64,000 bases of DNA from Vermamoeba vermiformis (taxonomy: Eukaryota), in assembly GCA_045837725.1 (NCBI GenBank), contig JBEWZL010000236.1, positions 248,001-312,000 on the forward strand, given 5' to 3'. This document shows, piece by piece, positions 39,682 to 53,200 of the stretch (within the stretch, counting starts at the first letter, position 1; each line of letters starts with the position of its first letter). The notes under the pieces were generated by a model. The model did not search any database. It worked only from the letters and a program-made list of their open reading frames with translations, and was not told where the DNA came from. The position numbers and the translations under genes were made by a program.

Positions 39682-40288
39682 TCAGTAAGTACGGTACGGA
39701 GCGTATCGCCTGCATCCACAACGAGCAACTAATACTAGAACACCTCCGATCAAGGCTATAAAGCCAATTATAAGTCCGGTGATTAATCCACGCGGTGCTT
39801 TCTGATGAATGGTGCAACCGTGAATCCCCGAGCACATCCAGCAATAAGAGTAAGTCACGCAGTCTTCTACTTCTATTACAGGGTTGCCACTGATATCTCT
39901 AGAAACGCAAGAACTGAAATATAAACGAAACGTTAATACTTTGAAAGAACCAGATCCGATCGGCAATTTGAGGACTAAGTACTTACGCTACACCATCACA
40001 AATTAAATAGCCACAAGTGCATGCACCTTCTGACAAACAAGTACTGTTCGAGTTACTAAACTGAGAGCATGAGTCGTTGTTGGTAACAGCGCTCGGATCG
40101 GCAACCACGTGCTCAGGCACAATAATAGAACTACCAACGATAGCACTTCTAACTTCAACATGCTTACAGTATTGTTTAGTATTATACCCGTATTGATACA
40201 CAAGTGAGTTAAAGACTTGAGTGTCAAACGGACCAAGAAGTTCACAGGTGGACGGGACGCAGTCACATTGTGACTGGACAAGAGTCAC
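39682..40288 (-). CDS. Small cysteine-rich single-pass membrane protein (5' end unresolved)
   Basis: Cys-rich ectodomain (CDCVPSTC, CSQFSNSNSTCLSEGACTCGYLIC), one intron at ~39900-39985, TM GLITGLIIGFIALIGGVLVLVA, tail RCGCRR. Confidence 0.6.
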
Positions 40289-40592
40289 TTAACATATACT
40301 AGTATGAGCCCTTCGTCCACTTAGTTTACCTAATCAGTAACGTAGAACTTTTAGCTAGATCTCACGGTTGTTGAACACTAGTTCAAAAAGGTAGTAAAAT
40401 CGGTCGGTACGCCGGAATAGGAATTGCTACAACAATTGCCCTGGGTGATAATATGAGGAAAGCGGTGTCTTGATGTTGAAAAGGCGGGTATGAAAATAAA
40501 CCACCTTTTTGAAATTCTTGTACTATTCGCAGAACCACAAACTATTATGCACACACCGCACCACTTCAATAACAGTGTAAGCGTAGACAACG

Positions 40593-42504
40593 ATGAGTCT
40601 AAATCATTGGTCCTTTGGCAATCAACCGGCGCTAACCTTGCTCGAGCTTGACATGATGAAGTTCAGCGGAGCTGTTAGAGAAAAGAATAGATGGTGGGAA
40701 AAAATAGAAGACCAAAATATTAGGAGGAAATGGAAGGCCGAGGCAAAGCAGCAAGGTTCGATTCGAGTTCTGAATTTCAATTATTTATCGAAATTATTAT
40801 TAAAAATCTCTATAATTTAATTTCTTGATTCCACAAGGCCTTCCTGCAGAAGCGATCTCCTATATATTTAAAGAATTACGGAATTATTATTTGATCCAAC
40901 AAGAAGGCAAGATCGGAGCAGCTGCGGTGGATGGCACTTACAAAGCAGATGACTTGATTCCAACTTCGTTAAAGCAACAGTTTTTAGAACAAGTAGCAGC
41001 GCTTGAGGCCGATCCTTTCTCTGAGAAGATGTGGCACCCAGATTCGAACGAGCAAGTGCTCGATCTAGTTCACCCGTCAATGCATTGCTTTGTGGCTGAT
41101 AAATCGCGCATATATACTTCAAGAGACGTTGATTATATGCCGTGGTTCGATTTTTGTTCAGGCGACAATGCTCAAATTTTGTCATCGGCGGAATACACTG
41201 CGTAGGTGCCAGCGAAATTTATTTTATGAGTAAAACTAACGTACATTAATATTTTTATATAGAAAGTGGAACAATGGAGTCAAGGATCACGATACAAGTG
41301 CAAAGTATCAATGGCTGCCATCAGAATTTAATGTCGACTTGGACGGCAACGTTTCTATAAATAGCTACATCAATAACTTGCACCCAATCAAGTACAAATC
41401 ACTCTACTCGAGCATCAGTCAAATTTTTGCCCAGTTTATTCCGTTGTTCTAGCAACGTTCTAACGGATCTGCAAAATCCTCGGAGCCGGCTCCGAATGAG
41501 TCGTATCAAAGGCGAGATTGTTTACCCAAATGGAAGTCCCTGCCCGCCAGAAAATCCACTTTATCCCTACGATGACGAGCCGGAGCATATTTTTCAGCGG
41601 AGGTTCGAGCGACATCTGCCACTACCAACAAAAGTACCAAAATGGCGAGGCAAGTCACTAACAATTGAAGTTTGTTATACTAGTACGTTAAATTCGTGGA
41701 ATTCTTAAGCTATTTTTTACAGATCTGGATTTCCCGCTTGAATACGAATTGATAGGAAAATCGCTACAAGTTATCGTCAAAATGGCGAATATAATATTGA
41801 CGCCCGAGAAACCAACGTACAATGGAGGTAGTTGGCACGTTGAAGGCATGAAAAATGAGCGAATAGTAGCGACGGGAATATACTACTACGACAGCGAGAA
41901 TATCTCCGAATCGAGATTGAGCTTCAGAACGGCGATTAGTGCCCCGCGCTACGAGCAAGACGATAGGAAAGGAGTTAGAACCATTTATGGACTTCCTGCA
42001 GAAGGCAAGCTGAATCAAGTCGTGGGCTCCGTTCTCACATCCAAAGACAGGTAAGAACGCATCCGCGATACAAAAATACCCGCTGAAATTACAAGAAAAT
42101 TAAATAGTTATTAATCGTGCGCTTACTTAGGTGCCTAGCGTTTCCTAATACGTACCAGCATCAAGTGCAGCCGTTCGAACTGATAGATAAGACGAAGCCA
42201 GGCTACAGAAAGATCCTAGTGTTCTTTTTAGTGGATCCTGCCAGCCCAAATTTTATCGACGGCACGCGTCCCACCACAACAAACAGAGTGGTATAGGTAC
42301 CTGTTATACACCATACGTCGCGGTACCTATTTAGAGCTACTGCCCGATGAGATCTTTGCGAACATCCTACAGTACGTGGATGGGCCAATGAGCCGAGAAG
42401 AGATGGCAACGCATCTGACAGAACTCATGAAAGAGCGATCTAGATTCGTGAAACACAATTCCGATGTAGTATTTGAAAGGTTTTATACCCTATGCGAGCA
42501 TTAG
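40593..42504 (+). CDS. DUF4246-family protein (2OG-Fe(II)-like) with two apparent frameshifts
   Basis: WHPDSNEQVLDLVHPSM; YQWLPSEF; SYINNLHP; LQVIVKMANIILTPEKP.Y.GGSWHVEGMKNERIVATGIYYY; FPNTYQHQVQPF; C-terminus LCEH*. Confidence 0.85.
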
Positions 42505-43068
42505 CACGATTCTTCGTTGCAGTGCGATGAAAAAGCGTTGATGAGACTAGATTGGAATATTTGAATGCTTATAAAATTAAATATTGTAATAAAATACTAC
42601 GTAGGCAAAGGTGAAAACTAGGATGCTAGTAGAGGGCTTAACTTAAAAGAGATCAAAAATTAAATTTAATAATTAAAATAGATGCGCTCCAACATCAGGA
42701 CAACGTTCGAGGCTAAGTGAATTCTTATCGGACTATAAATAAAATATTTACGTACTTGATTAAGGGACCCAAAGGTGTTACTGCCCAGTTCAATTTTTCT
42801 AACGGCTAAATCTGAGATCTCCTCTCGTGCACCAAAAACAATAAGATACTCGCTTGTGTCGTACATAATTCAATAATAGATAAATAACAAAGATGTTTGG
42901 GCAAAGCAAGCTTGATATTTTTTAGCGAGATTAGCGGAGATTTTTTCGAGCTTGTTTTAGCTACCAAAAAATCCTTTCAAACTCGTTTTAAAGTATAGCA
43001 CTACAATAGGTCGCTATTTGTATATTCAATTATTGCTATAATAGCCTAGATTTGAATATCAGAAGTAA

Positions 43069-46000
43069 ATGGCGGACCAGAGTGCCGAAGCGGCCGCATC
43101 TAAAAAAGATCTTAACAGAAACGTAGGTTATAATTTTAATAATATTACTAACGAGTCACTTTCATATAATAGGATGCTATTCTCGATTGGGTTAATTCTA
43201 GACTGAAGGCGAGAGAGTTATCCATTGACACACTTTCAGATTTAAGAGATGGCGTTAAATTACTCCACCTTTTAGAAATTCTGTCCAGTGATGCCGTTGG
43301 AAAATTCTATCAACAGCCTAAAACTGAAGTATTTATGGTGGAAAATTGCAGCATCGCGTTGAACTTCTGTAAACAAAAAGGGATTAACAAAATTCGTGTT
43401 GGAGCGCAAGGTAATTTTATATTGACCATTATTTATTGCGTATATATTACCGATAATAATATGCCATCGATTATTTGCATTGGAAATAATCCTTGATCCC
43501 AATTTTAAATTTCTCTTTACAGAGATCGTTGACAACAAAAAGAACGCAATTTCTAGCGTCTTATGGAACGTTATGCAATTCTACCGTGATACTGCAGTAA
43601 GTACTATTGATTGAATCACAAGATTCGCTAGAAACAATAATTGTATTATTATTGGCTTCGGATGCGCAACATAATTTCGAGTTTTCATCAACCGAAAAAA
43701 TTAATAATATTATTATTAAGGCCGATTACGACTTAAAAAGACTCGAAGCCGAAGAGCCTGTCACGCCACGTGGCCAATCGGACCATAAACTCGAAGCACA
43801 TCCGCCGCAAACAGAAGTTAATGCAGAGACTTCTGAAAAACGTAATTCTACCGAGTTACCGACCGTTCCTAAACTTCAGTTAGATACCTCTGGCGATGGT
43901 ACAAAAGAAGAAAGGCGACCACGCAGATCTTCCTCGAAGAACGCAGATGGCGCGGATGGAGCCAAGTCACCGCGCGATAAGCAGAAACGAGAAAAGAGAC
44001 ATAAGGACAAGAGCTCTAAGACACCTAGAGACCGCAGACCTTCAGAATCTGAAGAGAACGTGAAGTCTACATCGGTGCCCAGCGTTGAGTTGAGTGCTAC
44101 CAAATCGGGCAATAATAACAGTTTGGAGCCACCTAAGGCTGACAACGGCTCAACGACACCGGAGATGACACCGAGAACAGCGGAAGAGTACTCGTTATTA
44201 ACACAGATTTACTCGGCAGTTGCACCAAGTAAGGCCTCAATGATGGGCAACAAACGCGCGACCATCGCGACAAGTTCGCCTGAAAAAACAAACTCGAAGA
44301 GTGATTTGAGAGCTGAGCACGCTAGCAGCACATCAGCTGGCCACTCTGAGAAGAATTTGACCGAATCAGGACCTCAATCTATATTACGTAAGTAGCATAT
44401 TAGCTCGAAAGTTTGGTGTTCGCACGGGATAGATCTGACCGGATCTAATTATGATTCATTTAGCTTCACCACGAGGACCTAAGCCCGCTATTCCTCCTCG
44501 TCCTCAAAGCCTTCACCGCGAGAATTCAGTTCCTGTTCGCCCGCCAAGACCAGATAAAGAAGCTGGCGCCGCCAAGACACAGCCCGAACCACCTCCAAAA
44601 GTTATCAAGCGCGTTGGTTCACAGCCCGAATTGAATTCGCCTTCGAGCCAAGCTGGTGGCATGGAGTCATCGGATTCATCTTCAGTTCCTCAAACAGCAA
44701 GGTAAAAATTCAAATTTTTATTTCCAAAAAAGGCAAGTCTAATGTTTTGGCTTAGATTGCACCGTGAACCATCAAAAGTTAAAATTCCCAAGATCTTCCA
44801 ACAAGCTGAAAATCTTGTCGATGAGAACGCCAAATTAAGAAAAGAAGTTGAACGATTGAGGATCCAAAACGAACAGTTGTTACGCGAACTCGAATTACGC
44901 GAACCTACTTCAGCACGTGATCGATCGGACAGCGAGAGCAACAGCAGCAATAACGCAGTGCCGTCTGGTGCTTCGAGCGACAAATTGGACACTAATCGTG
45001 CTCATCATGGCAGCGGCGACCGTAGCAGCGTGACAGTAAGTCAAACTCAAAAAATTAATTAACCAATGAATAGACACCAAATCACGTGACTTTTAATACT
45101 AATTTATTCCATTATTTTAGTTCCGTTCAATTGTCAGCTTGGTGAATCCATTCGCTGGCTTGAAAAAGAAGAAAGAATTGACGCCCAACGAGCAAGCAGA
45201 AGAAATTGCACGATTGAACGAGCTCGTCAAAACCAAGGACAAGGAGATTGCACGATTGACGAAGGAGCTGGAGGGCTTTAAGAAAGAGCACAACAAGAAC
45301 TCGCGAAGGTCCTTGAGCGGCAACGCCCCCGTGTTGAGTGAATTGAAAGAAGAAAAAGGGTACGTCTTCCAAGCGTCTTTAGGCACGTGCAAATTGATCT
45401 CTAACAACCCGTTCATGAATAGAAAGAACAAGTTGTCTTTGCGCAAGATTTTCACGGGTGGATCACGTGACAAGAAGCGTGATGGCCCCGCGACACTGAG
45501 CGAAGAGTTTATTATGGAAGAAGAAGAGTATTTGACTGCTTTGACCGTCATTCAAGCCTTTATACGACGCCGTAATGCCATGGAAAAGAAGAGCTCGCTT
45601 TGTACGTCTAGATCTCACACAAAAAAAAACTATACGAGCGTTGTTCTAACTTGATGTTTTGCAGCCAATTCACGTCCCAAGCGCGAAGATTTGTACGATG
45701 TCTCAGCGGTGACTACCATCCAAGCCGCGATCAGAAGATACCGCGCCATGGGCTTCTTGCAGAAACTTTGTACGTAGCGGTCTAGACCGACACAAAATCA
45801 CGTGGTATGACACGTGACTAACGAGTTTTGTGTGTGTAGTGTACTACAAGAAGAGACACAGACGAGTCACCAAGGTCCAATCACAAATCAAGATGCACAT
45901 GGCACGCAACAACTTCAGAAAGTTGCAGCGACGAAAGTACATTGCCGCTGAAATCACTAACACTGAAAGAACTTACGTCGAGGGCCTGCGCAGCGTCGTT

Positions 46001-47384
46001 GATGTAAGTATATGCGACACTTACCATATATGGTAATAGCGTATTGATGTTGGAATTTAGGTCTACTTGATCCCGTTTAAGACCAACGGAATTATTACGC
46101 CCGATCAGAGCAAGACGATTTTCAGTGAAATTCAAGTTATTATGGCCTACAATCAGATGTTGCTCAAACAGTTTGAAGACCGCGTTGCCAAGTGGACCGC
46201 TGACGGTTGTCTCGGAGATATTTTCGTCAAGACAGTACGTGGCACTGTTTATCACGTGATCGATCTAATATTGCCTTTTTTAGACTGAATTCTTGAAGGT
46301 CTACACGACGTATTGTAACAACTATAACAAGGCTATGGAATTGATCTACGAGCTCAAAAAATCAAACCCTGCCTTCTTGGATTTCGTCACGGTACGCGAA
46401 ATTATCTTCCTAATTTGGCAGTTAAATCAAAAAGAACTAACGCAAAGCTTTTGTCTCAGACCTCGCGCAGAGATCCTCGTTGCAAAGACCTCGAGTTTAT
46501 GGACTTGGTCGTGTTGCCCATTCAACGTATTCCCCGCTACGTGTTGTTGCTCGAAGACATGGCGAAGAGCACACCGCTGCGTCACCCAGACTACCAGCCC
46601 TTGGTCACGGCCCTCGAAAAGATGAAGACCGTCGCGCAGTACGTCAACGAGCGCAAGCGTGACAGCGAGAACTTGCAGAACGTGCTCAAGATTCAAAACA
46701 TTCTTACCAACTACAACGTAAGTTGATCAATTTAATAGCCTTGCATTTTGTTGGGCTGAGTTTGTATGAATTTTTTTCACGGGCACTAATGATGTGATTT
46801 GACGCGTAGTTGGCCAAGCCAGCACGAAGATATTTGGAAGAAGGCAGCGTGGTGATGATCACAGGCACCAAGCGCAAGAATGTATATGCCTTCTTATTCA
46901 ATGATCTGTTGCTGTTCACTAAGAGAAATAAGACGAAAGTCATCGGTAAGCACGCGTGATCCGGATCCAAAACATGACTGGATCTCTCTTCAAATGACTT
47001 CGTCAATGACACAATTCCTTATTAGGTATTGCCCTCGATGCCTTGGCGAACAAATTGACCGGCAAAGAAGAAGAAAAGACCTACAAGATGTTGGTCGAAG
47101 TGCCGATCACAGGTGACACGCGCTTGCAGATCCAAGAACTGACCAATCAGAAGAAGCCAGAGAAAATCATTTCATTGAGTTACGACGCAGTTTCAGTGCA
47201 GTTCACTATGGAAGAGGCTGATCGTCAAAAATGGATTAATTCACTGAACACCGCGATCGACGAGCAACATAAGCGCAAAGAATCGATGAAAGTTGAAGGC
47301 AAGCCTGACTTATTGGGACCTGCCACTAGCGAGAGGAGACGTAATACTGTTGATTTGAGCACGAGCACTAGCTCAAATAAGTAA
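43069..47384 (+). CDS. RhoGEF with calponin-homology, coiled-coil, IQ, DH and PH domains
   Basis: CH: ILDWVN...DLRDGVKLLHLLEIL. IQ: IQAFIRR, IQAAIRRY. DH: EITNTERTYVEGL, LKVYTTYCNNY, LPIQRIPRYVLLL. PH: YAFLFNDLLL...QKWINSL. Confidence 0.93.
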
Positions 47385-47636
47385 TGTTATATTAGCAACG
47401 GGCCGACAGATCTGATGTTCGACGGATACCGTGCGACACCTTTTATTTAATATTTAATTTTGTAGTGGTTAATAATAATCGATTGTAAATGTACCCATAC
47501 ACTTGTGATAATAATAAATAAACTCAAAGAGTAAAACAATAGTTGAGCAGCGACAAAAACTATCATCCCTTTTTAAACTACTAAACTTTTTATTGCGACC
47601 TAAATTGTGTCGTACAACCAATTTAAATTAAAGAAA

Positions 47637-49402
47637 CTAACAGAAGGCGATGAAGATTGAAACAAAGAGAGCGATGTTCATCAAGGCAATCACGCTCGCA
47701 TTGCTTGTTTTCCTGACTGGAGCAGCAACAGGTGGGCTGACTGGCACTGCAACAGGGACGACAGGAGTTTCAGCGAGAGGTTGAGCGATGGGTGCGGCCA
47801 TAGGTGCGGCTACGGGAGCGGCAACTGGTGCAGCAACAGGAGCGACAGGAGCGGCGGGAGGGACCGGATCTTGTGGTACCTTTTCAACACCCTTAATAGT
47901 GATGTCAGAAGAAGAGTAGACCAAAGTAAAGGTGCTGAATGCAGTTCCAGAGTCCGTGGTCTTGTAGACGGTGGTGTCAGTGGCCACATAAAGCGTGTTC
48001 GTGCCGTCGCCGTTGTCAAAAAACACGTGCGAGTTGAACTCTACAGTGCCCACATTATCCGATGTGGAGTACGTGATGGACCATTCATCATTTGCATAGG
48101 TCATCAAGTGCACTTTGGACGGGGCTCGTGTGGTCACATAAGCAAATCTGCCGTTGCTCGTGAAAAAGACAGTCATCTGCATGATCTGATCCACCAAGGT
48201 ATTCGCGTAAAAAGTGTTGGTCGGTTGAGAACCAGTAGTGATAGGCACGACACTAGTGCCGACAATAGCAGCACCCCAGTTATTGCCATTGAAGTTCGTC
48301 ACAATGAGGTTGCCGCTCGTGATGTACACGTCTTGCACTTGAAAGACGTTATTCACCAGACTCTCCGGGGACAAAGTGTCTCCTGCTGTCACGTGGCCCA
48401 CTGAAATACAAATGAGTTAGACATTATAATAAGATAAAAATAAAATAGATTGTGTGGTATTAAATAATTCGGGTTTAGTCCCAAAAACCTTTAATTAATT
48501 GACCGCAAATCTAGCGGATGGGACCGAAACTATTTTCAGTTCCTTATTTGTACATAATTAAACGCAATAACGGTCAATAATAGTTGATAGATTTTGGGTT
48601 CAAGATTTTCGGCCCGGATTCGTTAAGGTATTTTTGGATTAACAAAGAAGTAAATTTTGTTAAACAGTAAAGTTTAAAAATTCGTACCAATGTAATCTCC
48701 AGCAATATAGATGTCTTCGCCGTCCTTCAAAGCGCGGTACAAGTTCTGATTGGTTCCGAAACTGAAGGTGGTCGAAGTGTTGAGGAATCCGGATGGGTTA
48801 ACGATACCCACAGTGTGGGCATTATTTTCGTTGAAGCACATAAGAGTAGCAAGTTGACCGTCAGTGGAGAGATGGGGGGCACCAGCGTACGGATTTAGGG
48901 TCGTTTTGCAATACGGCGAGAGCTCGATCGTTTGAACTACGGAACCACTCGTAGTTAATTCTTTGATGTACGTGGTGACCTGAGAGGTGGAGCCCACATC
49001 TGAAATGAGCATTAGTAATTATTAAAGGGGGAAGTTAACGGTTTCTATTTTTAATTTTGAATCAAATCCATAAATCGTTATTTTTAAAAATTGCGAAACG
49101 TAGGCTAAAGAAGCACTTTCGTGCTATAACAACAGGAATTAATTTAAGCATGCAATTGCATAGCTACGAAAATTAATTTTTAAACATAATTTGGATTTAG
49201 AATAATTTTCGCAATTTGTAGAGCTGAGCTGTATTTAATAAAACTATATATACGTTAAACGTGTAGACTGTGAATACGGATCGGACTTACCAGCAGCACC
49301 GGATCCGTAAACAATCATAATGTTGCCAGGGGTGAAAGGAAATGCAGCCGCCAGAACTACCAAAGACAGCAACGCAAAGCCTGAGAATACCAATCGGCGC
49401 AT
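47637..49402 (-). CDS. Secreted/cell-surface protein with a PVAA-repeat stalk and a hydrophobic C-terminus (possible GPI anchor)
   Basis: Signal peptide MRRLVFSGFALLSLVVLAAA; FTPGNIMIV; beta-rich domain; (APVA)n stalk; SNASVIALMNIALFVSIFIAFC*. Confidence 0.8.
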
Positions 49403-49589
49403 GACTTGTGGTGTTGCGTAATAACGGTTAATTATAATCAATATTGTTGGCGGAAGAGTTTGTGGCGGCAAAAAACAAGTCTTAAATTTCCTTTTTTGGG
49501 AAACTTCCCATCCACTTTGTTACAAACACGCGACATCGCGTTCATTACTAAATGTTTTGCCTAGTAAAAATAGTGGGGCGGGTGTGTAT

Positions 49590-49640
49590 TAAAAAATTTT
49601 TTTAAAAAAAAAAATTTTTTTTTTTTTTTTTTTTTTTCCC
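49590..49640. repeat. A/T homopolymer tract
   Basis: Alternating A and T runs ending in a long T run. Confidence 0.8.
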
Positions 49641-50247
49641 AAATTTTAAGTAGCGTATTTCCCTTATGCATTATGGGAAATAGTAATAATTACTATGTAA
49701 TTACTCGGGCATTGCTCGCTGCTTGTTCCGGGTTGGGGTTGGGTTTAAGCTTTTTTTACTGATGAATCAGTGTTAGGATCCGATCGACGAACAAAATTAA
49801 ATCATTTCTAAAGAGGTCGCAACAGCCCTATCGACTATATTACTATACCTTTATTTTCTTTATGTCTAAATTATCTTGGTGAAGATCCAATAACGGCTAC
49901 AAAATCTTTCGGTAGTACAAAAAAGGAAATTACGGTTCCCTGATCTTACAATGAACTTTCATGAACTTCAGTGGTTAAAATTGACATCTTAATCTAATTG
50001 AATCCGATACCTAGCTTTTCTATGTCGGAAGGGCCAAGAACAATTTTTCTTCGGCAGATGTAGTGTTTAGTTCTAGCGAAACGGTCCTCACCTTCAATTT
50101 CGTGCCTTTGATTGGTGCAAAATTAGGGCGCATATGAGTATTGTTTAAAAGACAAGCCGCTCTAAAAATAGGATTTTTTTGTCACGTAAAACATCGACTT
50201 TTTTTCAGTAAACACCGGATCTCTTGCTCCAGTTCACCACAACAGAA

Positions 50248-53200
50248 ATGTTAGCAAGAAGAAAAAAGATCGGACTTAAGACTAGCACGACTAAGAAGCC
50301 TAGTGTTATAGATCCACGAGGCTTTGAATTGTTCGTGAATTTGCCTTCAGAGATCAAGCTGGCTATTTTTGATTACGTGCCATTTGCGCAATGGGTAGTC
50401 TGTTTATCGAGTGTATGCAAGGAATGGAGGTAATTTTCTGGCAGAAAAAAAACGAAAAATTACGAATTAATTTTGCTCCTCCTTGATCTTGCTTTATTCT
50501 CACAATTTAAATATGAATCGAATTTAAACTATTATAATATCTATTTAACTAATATAATATAATTTTAGAAAGCTGTGCCTTCAGTCCCAAACGCCAAAGA
50601 TCTTGCAGGCAGAAAAATTCACTCCCTACGGCTTAATTACTGCTACAGCTCTCTATGAAATTGTGAAAAATTACCAAGTAGTTGGGCTTGATATTAAGGG
50701 CTTGTCTCCTTCATTTAGAGAGAAAGTGTCTTGGACGCTCATCTTGACTGCGTCAAAACAATTGTCGTGGGTCAATATGGTGCGCCTAATTAGAGAAATG
50801 CCAAGCAAGAATGTGAACGTTACTTGCACAGCTACGTCTGTAGTATTTAGAAGTAAGGAAATATTTTTTTTGTTGCCTGAGATCTCGATCTAATTTTTTT
50901 ATTATCTCCTAGATTACGGAATGATGAATAATTGGCTCCACCTATTTCCAAATGTAAGAGATGTCCGATTACATTCCGGTTTTCTTGCCGCTGGCTCATT
51001 CACGTTCCAACCACATCCATTCATCAAAATTATGCGATTCAACGTCAAGAACTTTGATCAAGGCCTATTACTTCTATCTTCGATCAAGACTTACGCTCCT
51101 AATTTAGAAGTAAGAAAATAATTCCTTATATTTGTTATTCATTGAATTTATTTTTTTACCTGACCTTAGGAGCTTCATATGTACGTCTATGAACGATCGG
51201 ATACGGATCAGTATACTCCACGACAACGCTTGCAACAAGTTTATCAACCGTTAGAAGCAAAGGCTGAAGAATTGGGCATTAAAATATATTGCAGAAATTT
51301 ATTTTTGTTGGTGAACGATCCGGATGTGTTCATCGAGTCGTTTAACCAGCAAAACTTGCCCTACAGTTATTATAGATCTTCTGCGCCTGTCAATAGAGTA
51401 CGTCCGACACATAACGGATTTTAGTCCTTATTAATTTTAACTTAATTTTTAGACCCTTCTTGGCGAGGCAGTTCGTCAGTCTTCGTTGCCCGTCGTAGAA
51501 TTTTTATTGGAAAATGAAATAACGACGCTTGAAAAAGAATTCGGGCCGTATCCGGACGCGGATTTATTCTACCGATGCCCTTCAGTTCGTTTGCGAGGTC
51601 ATTATCCTTTTTTGGTCGATCCGCAGGTTGGTCAAAGAAAATACAACGGCAATGCTTAATTATCTCCTTGCAAAGGGATATGATATTAACAAAAAGGTAT
51701 GATATAATATAATAATATAATAATATTAATTTAAATAAGAAATTAATAATCGACGTTTCTAGATCGACGGAAAAACTTTCTTTGAAGTTGAAGATCTGAG
51801 CCACCCGACTATAATGCACTTAGTCTCGCATTCAAACGTTGATTGGACTGTAAAAGCATCGGATAATGCTACAAGTACGTTTTATTTTACTATTTAAGGA
51901 AATTTCTAATCGGATCCAATTAGTCATCCATAATATTTTTCAAATGGCCGCGTTAGAAATGTTCCGCTATGCAGCCCAAAAAATTCCGCACGATGTCATG
52001 CAAGAATTATTGAATATGCAAGATGAGGGAGGAAACACGCCGTTGCATTTGATTTACAATTGTCCCGAAGAAATTTTCGACGAAATTGCCAAGTACGAGC
52101 TGAATTGGGATATTAAGAACCACGCGTACGTAAACAATATATAGTTAGTAATAGCAATATTATTATTTTATTAATACTTAATCAGAGGTGCAACGCCGTT
52201 GCTTTCTTTAGTTGAAACTCTTCGCTACGATAATTTAGCCACGCATTTCAGACGTAAGATTCATTTATCAATTTTATTTCCTTTTTTGGAATATTGCGAA
52301 AGCTTAATTTTTTTGCAAACTCCAGGAATGGTTCCGTTAGTGCCGTCGATTCAAAAGGGAGTTGTTTCAACAGTCTTTGCAAAACATCGATCTGCAAATG
52401 TGTTATTGCCCGAAATAGAATTATTTGCATCACGTGGCGCGGATTTGAACGAAGTTGTTGACGAGACCCCGGCTGTCATGTTGCTGACTTGTTTCTCGGA
52501 AGAACTCATTCGTGTAAGTCCCGAAGTAATTAATACTCATTTGCACGATCGTATTTCCTTATTTGGAAGTCAATTTATCGTTTGCGAAGTTCGATTATTG
52601 AACTATTTTTTGATGTTACGGATGTGTCTAACTAATTTTTGTTTAGGAATTGGTGAAGCACGGCGTTAATATCCACGTGGTCGACAAGAACAACCAAACT
52701 CTATTGTTCAATTTATTAACGCAGAATTTGGTCGTCAATCGATTGGAGATTTTAGAACTGCTCGTGAAAGAATTCAAGTTTAACATCAATCACCTGTCAA
52801 AAGAGCATTTGACACCTTTGACATTTGCACTGAAAAACAAGCATAACGATGAAACTATTGCAAAGTTATTGGAACTCGGCGCGAACGTAAGACAAAAAAC
52901 TTCCTTATTTGGAAAAGTCTTTTTTAACACTTTCCTAATTTAGCCAAATCTTTGCGGCTTCAATTTTCTTCCGCCGCTCGGTCACGTGTCTTCAAATTTA
53001 TACAACGCAGCTATGGCCCTGCCAATTATCACGTGTCTGTTGAAAGCGGGGGCAGATCCAAACATGAAAGTCTACAACGAAGACAAGACTATAGTAGTAC
53101 TGCCCTTAGTCAAGCTGTTGAACTCGTTTGACTCATTGCCCGTGTTGCATTTACTGCTCGAATATAGTAAGTCACATTCAAACTATTTTTGACAGGTGTG

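Noticed and set aside
41448-41452. Euplotes-like programmed +1 frameshift at TTC-TAG
   Set aside because: The other frameshifts have no stop codon at the shift site, and the other genes I traced read through normally. Indel error or pseudogenisation is simpler.
47770-47860. Short tandem repeats as a CRISPR-like or mobile repeat
   Set aside because: These are coding PVAA stalk repeats. No CRISPR array, transposase or reverse transcriptase was seen in the window.
47781-48404. 207-aa plus-strand ORF
   Set aside because: Antisense shadow of the surface-protein exon.
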